From a virus (taxonomy: Duplodnaviria > Caudoviricetes), in the IMG/VR virus record IMGVR_UViG_3300035232_000808, positions 1 through 47,442 of that record: a stretch of DNA of 47,442 bases. The stretch is one strand, 5' to 3'. Under the pieces are notes generated by a model that had not been told where the DNA came from, ran no database searches, and saw only the letters and a list, made by a program, of their open reading frames with translations. The position numbers and the translations under genes are program-made. Below are positions 29,513 through 38,408 of the stretch, in pieces (within the stretch, counting starts at the first letter, position 1; each line of letters opens with the position of its first letter).

Positions 29513-31103
29513 AACAGTATGCATAGTTGGTGGCGGAAGTTCAGGATGGATGTCAGCGGCCGCACTAGCAAAACTATGTCCACATATACATGTAAAATTA
29601 GTTGAATCACCTAATATTAAAACTGTAGGAGTAGGTGAATCGACCCTTGGTCAAATTACTTTATTTTTAGATTATTTAGGTTTAGATGATGAAGATTGGA
29701 TGCACCATTGCGATGCAACATATAAAAACAGCATAAGATTTACTAATTTTAAAGATAACGATGGTACTAGTTTTCAGTATCCTTTTAGTGATGGATTAGA
29801 TTATACTAATAAAGAAGGTATAAACACTTGGTCAGAACTAGCCGCACTATATCCTGATGAATTTACAAACGATACATTTGCTAAGTTTTATGCTACTGTA
29901 GGTACATACATTACAGACATGAATAAGCAAACTCGTAATGCTACAAATAAATTTAGACATTACAATTTTAAATGGGATACTGCATATCATGTTGATGCAC
30001 AAAAATTTGGCGATTATTTAAAAACACATGTTGCATTACCTAATGGTGTAGAACATATTGTTGCTGATGTAGTTTCTTATCATAAAAACGATGAAGGTTA
30101 TATTGACACAATACGATTAGATAATAGTAAAACTATAGAAGCAGATCTATGGATTGATTGTACAGGTTTTAAATCTATGATGCTAGAAGGTTGGATGGGA
30201 TCAAAGTTTAAAAGTTTTGATACACATTTATTTAATGATAGTGCTTGGGCATGTCGTATACCTTATGAAGATAGAGAACAAGAAATGCATAACTATACAG
30301 ACTGTCATGCACTAAGTTCAGGATGGGTATGGAATATTCCTCTTTGGAGTAGAATTGGAACAGGGTATGTTTACTCTTCTAAATTTATTTCAAAAGAAGA
30401 TGCAAAGAAAGAATTTATTGAACATTTAAAAACTACAGGATCTAGTGAACGTGCAGAAAATGCAGAAATGCATCACATCGAAATGCGTCACGGAAGACGT
30501 GAAAGAGGATGGATTAATAACGTAGTTGGTGTAGGACTTAGTTATGGCTTTGTAGAGCCTTTAGAGTCTACAGGACTACTAACAACACACGAGAATATTA
30601 CTAAAGTAGTTGAAATATTAAACAGACGAAATGGATTTGTAAGCAGAACAGAAAAAGAAGGCTTTAACTATGCAGTTGAAAATGAAGTATTAAAGTTTAG
30701 AGATTTTGTGTCTACACACTACAGTTTGTCAACAAGAGATGACACTCCGTATTGGAGATACTGCACTGATCAACACGAATACTATCCAGACTATTTTAAT
30801 GACTATGTGTCAAAAAATAGTCAATATCCTAACCTTATAGGTAGTGTTACTATATCAAAAACATATGTAGATAGCAGTTTTATTGCTCCGTTGTTTATTG
30901 CCGCGGGTATGGGGTTTAAACCTATATCAACAAAAGAAATGATTCATCCTATAAAACTTGAACCATTAAAAGAAATTAGAGAATTACACAACCAGTACGA
31001 ATCTTGGGTAAAAGAGGAAGTTAGCAAATTACCTTCTCATTATAAATTCTTACTAAAACAAATATATAACGGTGTGGACGAATATGCTATTCAAGAAAAG
31101 TAA
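29502..31103 (+). CDS. Flavin-dependent halogenase 2
   Basis: Same motif set (GGGSSG, ATYK, WVWNIP, FVEPLESTG); close tandem paralog of halogenase 1. Confidence 0.92.
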   Translation: MRTKTVCIVGGGSSGWMSAAALAKLCPHIHVKLVESPNIKTVGVGESTLGQITLFLDYLGLDDEDWMHHCDATYKNSIRFTNFKDNDGTSFQYPFSDGLDYTNKEGINTWSELAALYPDEFTNDTFAKFYATVGTYITDMNKQTRNATNKFRHYNFKWDTAYHVDAQKFGDYLKTHVALPNGVEHIVADVVSYHKNDEGYIDTIRLDNSKTIEADLWIDCTGFKSMMLEGWMGSKFKSFDTHLFNDSAWACRIPYEDREQEMHNYTDCHALSSGWVWNIPLWSRIGTGYVYSSKFISKEDAKKEFIEHLKTTGSSERAENAEMHHIEMRHGRRERGWINNVVGVGLSYGFVEPLESTGLLTTHENITKVVEILNRRNGFVSRTEKEGFNYAVENEVLKFRDFVSTHYSLSTRDDTPYWRYCTDQHEYYPDYFNDYVSKNSQYPNLIGSVTISKTYVDSSFIAPLFIAAGMGFKPISTKEMIHPIKLEPLKEIRELHNQYESWVKEEVSKLPSHYKFLLKQIYNGVDEYAIQEK

Positions 31104-31857
31104 ACCTTGGATACGATTTTACAGTCTTGAAAAAGGTGTAGCTGACTTATATCCTATTAAACCGTCTAATCAGTTTAGACGTGATTGGATGCGTACAACT
31201 AGTACTACAGAAGATCCTGAACAAACATACACACAAAATTGCCCGGGTATAAAGTTAATGACAGGAGCAGGATATACGCTATGTGCGCCTGCTGATTTTT
31301 CAATAAACACTAATGGAGATGGTAGTAGTTTTCAATGGCAAGAGCCTACAAAGTTTAGCCATGAAAAAGTAGACAATCCATCATACGTAAATCATCATAA
31401 CGAAATACAAACAATACCAACACTTGACAATAAAAAAGATACATTACATACAGTAATAAAATTAGATACACCTTGGCGTTTTGAATGTTCTGATGATATA
31501 ATGCTTTTACAAATGCCGTTTACATATAATAACGAAAGTAGATTTACAGCGGCACACGGTATAATAGATCCTAGATACGCACACGTATTAAACGTGCAAC
31601 TATATTGGAAAGTTTTAAATGGTACAGAATATGTAGAAGCAGGAACACCGTTAGTACAGTATATCCCTGTACAACGTTCGTGGCTCAATTCATCAGGTAT
31701 TGATCTAGAAGTTACAGATGCAAATGATAAAGATATAGATGTAGAAAAAAGATTTAACTATTGTATGGCATCTAGCTTTCATAGAAAAGATTCGTTGAAG
31801 TCTAGATTACAACGAGTAAGAAATATTTTAAATAAGTACAAACATAGGAGAAAATAA
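31084..31857 (+). CDS. Conserved phage protein, possibly DUF6065/dUTPase-like beta fold
   Basis: Start moved to ATG 31084. CPG...GYxLxAPADF, KLxTPW, GIID and AGTPLVQYIP resemble this family; canonical dUTPase motifs are not evident. Confidence 0.5.
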   Translation: MLFKKSKPWIRFYSLEKGVADLYPIKPSNQFRRDWMRTTSTTEDPEQTYTQNCPGIKLMTGAGYTLCAPADFSINTNGDGSSFQWQEPTKFSHEKVDNPSYVNHHNEIQTIPTLDNKKDTLHTVIKLDTPWRFECSDDIMLLQMPFTYNNESRFTAAHGIIDPRYAHVLNVQLYWKVLNGTEYVEAGTPLVQYIPVQRSWLNSSGIDLEVTDANDKDIDVEKRFNYCMASSFHRKDSLKSRLQRVRNILNKYKHRRK

Positions 31858-31858
31858 A

Positions 31859-32119
31859 ATGGCAGATTATTATGATAGCCTAACGGCAGCAAAAGAAAGT
31901 GTACAAGCTGATCTTGATTCAAGAAAAGAAGAGCTTGCAAAACTAGAAGAAGATTTGAGCGATCAAAAGATTAATCCATATGGTATTACTAATATCGACT
32001 TTAGTAAAAGATTAGAGTTAGTAGAAGATATTACAAAAATGGAAGGTGTTGTAATGGGCCTCCAATTAGCACAGGATACTTTTGTTGATGCAGGACAGAC
32101 CAACACCGTCGACGGATAA
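31859..32119 (+). CDS. Small acidic coiled-coil protein
   Basis: 86 aa with SD AGGAG and heptad-like LDSRKEELAKLEEDL. Confidence 0.65.
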   Translation: MADYYDSLTAAKESVQADLDSRKEELAKLEEDLSDQKINPYGITNIDFSKRLELVEDITKMEGVVMGLQLAQDTFVDAGQTNTVDG

Positions 32120-32693
32120 AATATTAAATCCGTTTCCTCCCTTCATTTTTAAGTACCACTATGACTTTAATTGGCCTTTAATTAAAGACAATGTAATTGG
32201 ATGTATTGATACTACGCCTAATGTTTCAGAATTAGAAATAGGTCAATCAACATCAACATTACATGAACAAGCAAGGCCACCGCATGAATGGAAGGACAAA
32301 ACATTCTACGATTTCTTTCAATGGCTAAATGGACCATTAACTGAAGCGTGGAATGCTATGAATTATCAGTTCTACAACAAAAATCCTGGTTATATAAATT
32401 CTTGGTTTAATAGGCATCAACGCACAGGCGAAACTACTGAACACCATCATGCATACACTGAACTAGTAGTTACGTGTTACTTGCAATTACCTAAAGATAG
32501 TGGATTTATAGAATTTAGAGATCCACTAGAATACGCCAAATCACACACCCCAATTATACACGAAAAAGAACTGTGGAAAGAAGTTCCAGCAGTAACTGGA
32601 GATATCCTAATATTTCCAGGCTGGCTCAAACACCGTACACAACCAAACATAACAGACGATGATAGAATAGTCATGACTGTTAATGTTGGCTAG
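32082..32693 (+). CDS. Putative Fe(II)/2OG oxygenase, TIGR02466-like (HxH)
   Basis: SWFN..EHHH..CYL..IEFRDP..LIFPGWLKH..RIVMTVN. Start uncertain. Confidence 0.8.
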   Translation: MLMQDRPTPSTDKILNPFPPFIFKYHYDFNWPLIKDNVIGCIDTTPNVSELEIGQSTSTLHEQARPPHEWKDKTFYDFFQWLNGPLTEAWNAMNYQFYNKNPGYINSWFNRHQRTGETTEHHHAYTELVVTCYLQLPKDSGFIEFRDPLEYAKSHTPIIHEKELWKEVPAVTGDILIFPGWLKHRTQPNITDDDRIVMTVNVG

Positions 32694-32699
32694 TACAAC

Positions 32700-32712
32700 A
32701 AATAAGTATATA
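32700..32712 (+). promoter_or_regulatory. AAATAAGTATATA motif, probable late-promoter variant
   Basis: An identical 13-mer occurs on the - strand at 44676-44688; each copy ends 1 nt before a start codon. Confidence 0.5.
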
Positions 32713-32713
32713 T

Positions 32714-33304
32714 GTGATGAATACAGATTATTATTTTCCAACACCTATATGGTGGCAAGATACATCTATTAATTTAGAGCCTCTCCGTGCGCTCTGTTCT
32801 AAGATCAAAGAAACAGATAAAGGCAGGCAAATGAGTAATTTCGGCGGCTGGCAAAGTGCTGATATACTTGTAGGAGATCATACTGCAACAGATGAGTTTG
32901 CTACATTTGTTGAACAACAAAGTATAAAGTGTATACAAGACTTTGGTTATGCACCTAGTACTCAGCTAAAGATGAGTAATATATGGTTTAGCAGTAATAA
33001 TGACAATGCCTTTAATCAAGTGCATAATCATGCAGGAGCATTTATAAGTGGAACTTTTTACATAAATGTACCTAACGGCTCAGGAGATATTACTTTTTAT
33101 AGAAACTCACACGAAGAATATATAATATCTGGTGCCGCACCAATAGTACAACATACTGCTATTAGCGGAGCAACATGTAGATATGAACCTAGAGAAGCAA
33201 GATTAATTATGTTTCCAGGATTCTTACAACATGCAGTAATGCCAACTCCATGTAAAGAAGATAGAATATCAATGTCATTTAATATGAGGATTGAAAATGT
33301 TTGA
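32714..33304 (+). CDS. Putative Fe(II)/2OG oxygenase, TIGR02466 family
   Basis: FPTPIW, SNFGGWQS, HNH..ISGTFYI, FPGFLQHAV, RISMSFN. Confidence 0.88.
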   Translation: MMNTDYYFPTPIWWQDTSINLEPLRALCSKIKETDKGRQMSNFGGWQSADILVGDHTATDEFATFVEQQSIKCIQDFGYAPSTQLKMSNIWFSSNNDNAFNQVHNHAGAFISGTFYINVPNGSGDITFYRNSHEEYIISGAAPIVQHTAISGATCRYEPREARLIMFPGFLQHAVMPTPCKEDRISMSFNMRIENV

Positions 33305-34016
33305 TAATCTAGGACAAGTAATAGTAAATGAAACAAACTTATTCTATGAAGATAAGCCTCATTATTTTAAAGGACTAATGAATAAAGAAATTGAACACAT
33401 TGCTTCGTGGAAAACTATTGAAGAATGTATTAACAATCCACAGTTTTATAATTTTGAAATTGTTGGCAAAGATAGTATGAAGAAAGATATACCGTGTTCG
33501 CAAAAGTCTTGGATAACTGATAAACTAGTACAGGATAAGAGGTATGTTGCAAATTGTGTTAAAGATGGTGATACACTTATAATAACAAATTATGGATTTA
33601 ACAACAACACAGTAAATCATTTATTAGGCACTATAGAAAATATATTTGATATAAATGCCGCCGCACATTTATATTGTGGCAAAGCTAAAGGATCACAATC
33701 CTTTAATATACACGAAGACTATCCTGCAAATTTTATTTGTCAAATTGAAGGCAAAACTATATGGAAAGTATTTAATAATAGAATTAGTTACTTGTATAAA
33801 ACAGGTACAATGAATAACCAGTTAACGGAAGAAATGTTAGATACTGCAATTGATGTAGTGCTAGAACCAGGAGATGTATTGTACATTCCTAGTAGAGCAT
33901 ATCATGTTGCAATACCTAAAGATGAAAAAAGAATTTCACTATCAATTCCTTGTTGGAATAGGTTTCCAACAGATCCGATAGATAATTCCGTTGACAGAAA
34001 CTACTATACAATTTAA
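33291..34016 (+). CDS. JmjC/cupin-4 (YcfD/ROXA-like) oxygenase
   Basis: SFNIHED..NFICQIEGKTIW..LEPGDVLYIPSRAYHVA..ISLSI gives the JmjC HxD...K...H pattern. Confidence 0.85.
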   Translation: MKMFDNLGQVIVNETNLFYEDKPHYFKGLMNKEIEHIASWKTIEECINNPQFYNFEIVGKDSMKKDIPCSQKSWITDKLVQDKRYVANCVKDGDTLIITNYGFNNNTVNHLLGTIENIFDINAAAHLYCGKAKGSQSFNIHEDYPANFICQIEGKTIWKVFNNRISYLYKTGTMNNQLTEEMLDTAIDVVLEPGDVLYIPSRAYHVAIPKDEKRISLSIPCWNRFPTDPIDNSVDRNYYTI

Positions 34017-34021
34017 GGAGA

Positions 34022-34618
34022 ATGGGTATGATTACAAACGATATTACAATGCACAATGGAATTGTTGACGATGATGTGTTAAAAGACTTGTGGGCAACTG
34101 TAACAGATGTAAAGTTTGACTGGCACTACATGCCTGATATAACTTGGGAGAACGGCAAAAAACCTACAACACCTACACCAGGGTTTGCACATTTGTTATT
34201 TCACAGAGACACTGGAGAAACTTCTCCGTATTTAGAAAAGTTTAAACCAGTACTAGATAGATTATGCTGGAAAGCAGATATAAAACTAGAAGAAGTAATT
34301 AGACTTCGTTTAGGATTTTTAATGAATACTAGATATAACTTTCCAAGTCAAGCATATGCACACAATGAACCGCACGTAGATTTTCCAGATGAAGATCATT
34401 ACACAGCATGTTTTTATCTAAATGATTGTGATGGAGAAACAGTAATATTCCATCAAAGAGAACCTGCAGAGAGATATCAAGTTGCTGAAAAAAGTATGCC
34501 ATTAAAGAATACCGCAGTACTGTTTGATGGTGGTAGATATCATGCTAGTACATGTCCAAAAATAAGAGACACACGTATTGTACTAACAATGAACTTTAAA
34601 GGTACACCAAGTGCATAA
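34022..34618 (+). CDS. Fe(II)/2OG oxygenase
   Basis: PHVD..FYLNDCDGETVIF..FDGGRYHAS..RIVLTMN. Confidence 0.85.
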   Translation: MGMITNDITMHNGIVDDDVLKDLWATVTDVKFDWHYMPDITWENGKKPTTPTPGFAHLLFHRDTGETSPYLEKFKPVLDRLCWKADIKLEEVIRLRLGFLMNTRYNFPSQAYAHNEPHVDFPDEDHYTACFYLNDCDGETVIFHQREPAERYQVAEKSMPLKNTAVLFDGGRYHASTCPKIRDTRIVLTMNFKGTPSA

Positions 34619-35240
34619 CTTTAAGAATAAAAGAGCCAAACCATTAGCACCTCAATTAATAGTCGATGACTTTTTTGAGATGCCGCAAACATTGCGTGAC
34701 TGGACAATGGCTCAAGAATTCTTTAAAGGAGAAAGAGGAAGTTGGCCAGGCATTAGAACTAAATTACTTGATGAATTAAATTTAGAACTTGTTGATTTAT
34801 TAAAAAGCAAACTCCTTGCACTATATCCGCAGTTTACAGACTTTAGTGATATTGATTGTTCATTACAAGTTATTGGCGACGAATGGGGTCAAGGCTGGGT
34901 ACATGATGATAATTCAGTTCACGTACTTGCTGGTATAGTATTTTTAACTCCTTATCCTAAACCTGATTCAGGCAACACAACTTATATGCAACAAGACGAT
35001 GTTAGTACAGATGTATACGACGATGCATTTGTTACTGATATGAAACTAGACAGTGATCACAAAGCGTTTGAAAAATATAGATTAGAACAGCGTAGTAAGT
35101 TTACACAGTCAGTAGTTGCTGAAAATAGATTCAACAGACTTATAGCATTTGATCCTAGAATGTGGCATAGTGCAAATAACTTCTTTGGAACTACAAAAGA
35201 GAATGGTAGATTAACATTGGTATTTTTTTGTAATGAGTAG
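34611..35240 (+). CDS. Fe(II)/2OG oxygenase (DUF6445-like)
   Basis: IVDDFF, WPGIRT, WVHDD..AGIVFL, NRFNRLIAFD..WHSA..RLTLVFF. GTG start. Confidence 0.8.
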   Translation: MHNFKNKRAKPLAPQLIVDDFFEMPQTLRDWTMAQEFFKGERGSWPGIRTKLLDELNLELVDLLKSKLLALYPQFTDFSDIDCSLQVIGDEWGQGWVHDDNSVHVLAGIVFLTPYPKPDSGNTTYMQQDDVSTDVYDDAFVTDMKLDSDHKAFEKYRLEQRSKFTQSVVAENRFNRLIAFDPRMWHSANNFFGTTKENGRLTLVFFCNE

Positions 35241-35877
35241 AAAAGATCGTATAAAGTATCCGTATCTTCCTTTAAGAATAATTGAAGATTTTCTTGATAC
35301 TCCTAAGCAATGGAGAAACTTTGGATTAGTGCAAGAGTACAATACAGCACAACACGAAGTATTTCCAGGAAAGCGTACACTTCCGTTAAATGAAATTGAC
35401 GAAGATTCTTTCCTTGCGTTTGCTAAAAAGTTAGAACAAGCAGTACCAAAGTGTGCAGGATTTCATATGTTAAATGTAAGATATCATGTTGTTGGAGAAG
35501 AGTTTGTAAAAGGTTGGATACATGATGACGATCCTAATATTAACTTAGCAGGACTTGTATATCTAAATGAAGATGCACCATTAGGATCAGGAACAAGTTT
35601 TTATGATGATCAAATAGATCCAATGGAAGATAAAATACATACACTAATACGTCGCGATTGTTTTGAATTTGACAATGAACAGCGGTTAGCTATTAATAAC
35701 GAAAGAGATGCACATAGAAACGGATTTAGCCGTAATGCAGTAGTTGAAAATGTTTTTAATAGATGTGTAATATTTGATCCTAGAGTATGGCATGCTCCTG
35801 ATAACTTCTTTGGAACTACAAAAGAAGATAGCAGACTTACGCTAGTGTTTTATGCAAAGGTAGAATTTAATGGATAA
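35233..35877 (+). CDS. Fe(II)/2OG oxygenase (DUF6445-like), paralog of the previous gene
   Basis: FPGKRT, WIHDD..AGLVYLN..GTSFY, NVFNRCVIFD..WHAP..RLTLVF. Confidence 0.8.
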   Translation: MSRKDRIKYPYLPLRIIEDFLDTPKQWRNFGLVQEYNTAQHEVFPGKRTLPLNEIDEDSFLAFAKKLEQAVPKCAGFHMLNVRYHVVGEEFVKGWIHDDDPNINLAGLVYLNEDAPLGSGTSFYDDQIDPMEDKIHTLIRRDCFEFDNEQRLAINNERDAHRNGFSRNAVVENVFNRCVIFDPRVWHAPDNFFGTTKEDSRLTLVFYAKVEFNG

Positions 35878-36472
35878 TGTTTTTGTTGTAGATGATTTAA
35901 TAACTAAAAGTTATGCAAATATGATCGAAGAGCGTATTACTGAAAATAAGTTTCCGTGGTACTTTAACAAGCACTTAGTTACAGATCAAATTTTTAATGA
36001 AGATAAAGAAATAAATCATGTTGGACACAATCACTTTTTATATGAAGATAGAAAAGTAGTAAGTCCGTTTTTTGAATTTATTCATCCATTGATACTTGCT
36101 ATAGGTGATACAAAATTATTTGACTATGATGTACTAGAACGTGCTAGATTTAATTTAACACAGAAAAATACAACAAGTACTAGAGATTATCATTTGCCAC
36201 ATATTGATAGTGAATATCCTCACTGGGTTGCAATATACTATGTGAATGATGCAGACGGCGATACGTATATTTTTGATCAACGTACAGAAGACTTTGATCA
36301 TAACACTGATATACAGACTATGCTAAATGCAGACTTTACAGTTAAAAAACGTGTTACCCCTAAAAAGGGTCGAGTACTTATATTTGATGGGCACCAGTAT
36401 CATACTAGTAGCTTCTGTAAAAACAGTCCTTACAGAATGGTTCTAAATATTAACTACGGAAAAATATTTTGA
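35870..36472 (+). CDS. Fe(II)/2OG oxygenase, paralog of 34022..34618
   Basis: FPWY, PHID..YYVNDADGDTYIF..PKKGRVLIFDG..YHTS..RMVLNIN. Confidence 0.85.
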   Translation: MDNVFVVDDLITKSYANMIEERITENKFPWYFNKHLVTDQIFNEDKEINHVGHNHFLYEDRKVVSPFFEFIHPLILAIGDTKLFDYDVLERARFNLTQKNTTSTRDYHLPHIDSEYPHWVAIYYVNDADGDTYIFDQRTEDFDHNTDIQTMLNADFTVKKRVTPKKGRVLIFDGHQYHTSSFCKNSPYRMVLNINYGKIF

Positions 36473-36996
36473 CAGATTGGAAAGTACATAAGTCTCAAAC
36501 TATTATAGATAATCATAGTTACTTTGTAGAAGAGTGTCACTATGTACATGATAAGTTTGTAAAAGACTTTCCTGATAAAGATAGTACTTGGGGCTACAGA
36601 TTCTATAACGTTTTTGCCGCAACTAGTCCTAGTCCTATTTGGTACAACTTATATAAAGAGTTACGTAATACTATACGTGAATATGTTGGACATGACGAGC
36701 CGTTATGGATGCAAAGTTGGTTAAATTTTCATACTACAGATCAAGTTTTAGATTGGCACGGTCATGATTGGCCATATCACGGATATATTAGTATAGATCC
36801 AAAGAGTACTAGAACAGTATTTGAAGGTTATGATATTAAAAATGAAATAGGAAATATTTACATAGGTCCAGGACACCGACTACATAAAGTAGAAGTTGAT
36901 GAACATTTTGATCAACCTAGAATTACATTAGGGTATGATATACATACCGACCCTGACAGGCCTTACGATCAGTGGAGTTTAATACCGTTACTATGA
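36469..36996 (+). CDS. Putative Fe(II)/2OG oxygenase-like protein (HxH)
   Basis: SWLNF..LDWHGH..HGYI..HKV..RITLGYD. TTG start overlapping the upstream stop. Confidence 0.7.
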   Translation: MTDWKVHKSQTIIDNHSYFVEECHYVHDKFVKDFPDKDSTWGYRFYNVFAATSPSPIWYNLYKELRNTIREYVGHDEPLWMQSWLNFHTTDQVLDWHGHDWPYHGYISIDPKSTRTVFEGYDIKNEIGNIYIGPGHRLHKVEVDEHFDQPRITLGYDIHTDPDRPYDQWSLIPLL

Positions 36997-37634
36997 CTTA
37001 TACTAGTGAAAAAGATTTTGCATTTGTAGAAAAAGATATTGTTGATAAAGAAGTGTGCAGATTTGTTGCACAAGAAATGCGTTTATTAGATGATATGATA
37101 TCTTATGCTAATCCTGCTTTAGGTAAAGAGCCAGGACAGGAAGAAAGTTTTAGTTGGTACGGACCGTTGTGTTTAGAAACACTTAGTTTACATGTAAAAC
37201 CAAAGTTAGAAAAAATACTTGGACGTAAACTTATACCTAGTTATACTTATGGGCGTATATACCGCTTTAATGGGCGTTTAGACAAGCATTTAGACAGGCG
37301 TAGTAGCGAGTATACTGTTAGTGTATGTATTGAAAAAGATAGCACACACGACTGGGAGCTTTGCGTACAGCGCATGAATAAAGACGTTGAAACGTTTAAA
37401 TTAAACGTAGGCGATATGCTGATATATCCTGGTAGAGATTTAGTACATTGGAGAGAAGGCGGCTTTAGAGGTAAAGAGCAAGTACAAGCATTTCTACAAT
37501 ATGTTGATGCTGACGGCGATAGTACTGATTTAAAATGGGATGGTCGACCTAGAATGGGTTTAGAGTTTGGTTCTACACAAACACAAGATCATAATTTAGA
37601 TAGAGAGCAGGACTTAGAGTCCAAGTTGTCCTAA
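36993..37634 (+). CDS. Fe(II)/2OG oxygenase
   Basis: Start moved to ATG 36993 (ATGA overlap). YGRIY..LDKHLDR..E..GDMLIYPG..HWR..QAFLQYV. Confidence 0.8.
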   Translation: MTYTSEKDFAFVEKDIVDKEVCRFVAQEMRLLDDMISYANPALGKEPGQEESFSWYGPLCLETLSLHVKPKLEKILGRKLIPSYTYGRIYRFNGRLDKHLDRRSSEYTVSVCIEKDSTHDWELCVQRMNKDVETFKLNVGDMLIYPGRDLVHWREGGFRGKEQVQAFLQYVDADGDSTDLKWDGRPRMGLEFGSTQTQDHNLDREQDLESKLS

Positions 37635-38408
37635 AGTTATTTCAACTTTTTCAAAACTATATGCAAATGTATGACTCCATCTATAATCAATAGACGGATC
37701 AATAAACGGTGCATGAGGTACACTTGCTTCGTACAATGTTACACCTTTATATCTAACAGGTGCAATACCCACTAAGTCAAAACCCCAATACTCAGCTTCA
37801 TCGGCTGTAAAGTTTTCCCAACCTTGCTTACGTAAACTTTTACTATGCTCAGTCCATTCTTTATAAAGAGGATGAGTATCGTCTACCATAAAGTCATAAT
37901 GATCGCCGTATGTAGTTCCTTTGTATTCATACAAATTAGTACCTGACATTTTAGGATCAATATCATTAAACCACATATTACATACTAGCCCAGCAGGACT
38001 ATCTACATGTGGAATTCTAAATATTGAAACAGGACGCATTAAGTCTCTTTGAAATAAATTACCCCATTCACGCAAGTTAATGTTTTTAACTTCTCCGTGA
38101 TAGTTGTTGTGATAAAAGTCCTTTACAATATTAACTACAGGCCCACTAATCCAAGTAGGCAGGTGTATAGTAGCAAATGGATTTGGATCACTGCAACCTT
38201 CATGATTGTTAGATTTGCAAACAGGGTAGTTACCAATTAGATAACAAAATGTTTCAAAATCTTTATCAGTTTTAAAAGGATGACTGCCAGTCCAATAACC
38301 TGTTTTGTCTGTAAGTTTTACATATTCTAAATTCCAATTGTCAGCAGTTAAAATATTAGGATCATAACTATTTTCATCGGGGTCTAGATATTTAAATTCT
38401 GGTCTCAT
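37614..38408 (-). CDS. Putative Fe(II)/2OG oxygenase
   Basis: IPHVD..VCNMWF..GTNLY..LYEASVPHAP..R. Confidence 0.7.
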   Translation of the reverse strand: MRPEFKYLDPDENSYDPNILTADNWNLEYVKLTDKTGYWTGSHPFKTDKDFETFCYLIGNYPVCKSNNHEGCSDPNPFATIHLPTWISGPVVNIVKDFYHNNYHGEVKNINLREWGNLFQRDLMRPVSIFRIPHVDSPAGLVCNMWFNDIDPKMSGTNLYEYKGTTYGDHYDFMVDDTHPLYKEWTEHSKSLRKQGWENFTADEAEYWGFDLVGIAPVRYKGVTLYEASVPHAPFIDPSIDYRWSHTFAYSFEKVEITLGQLGL

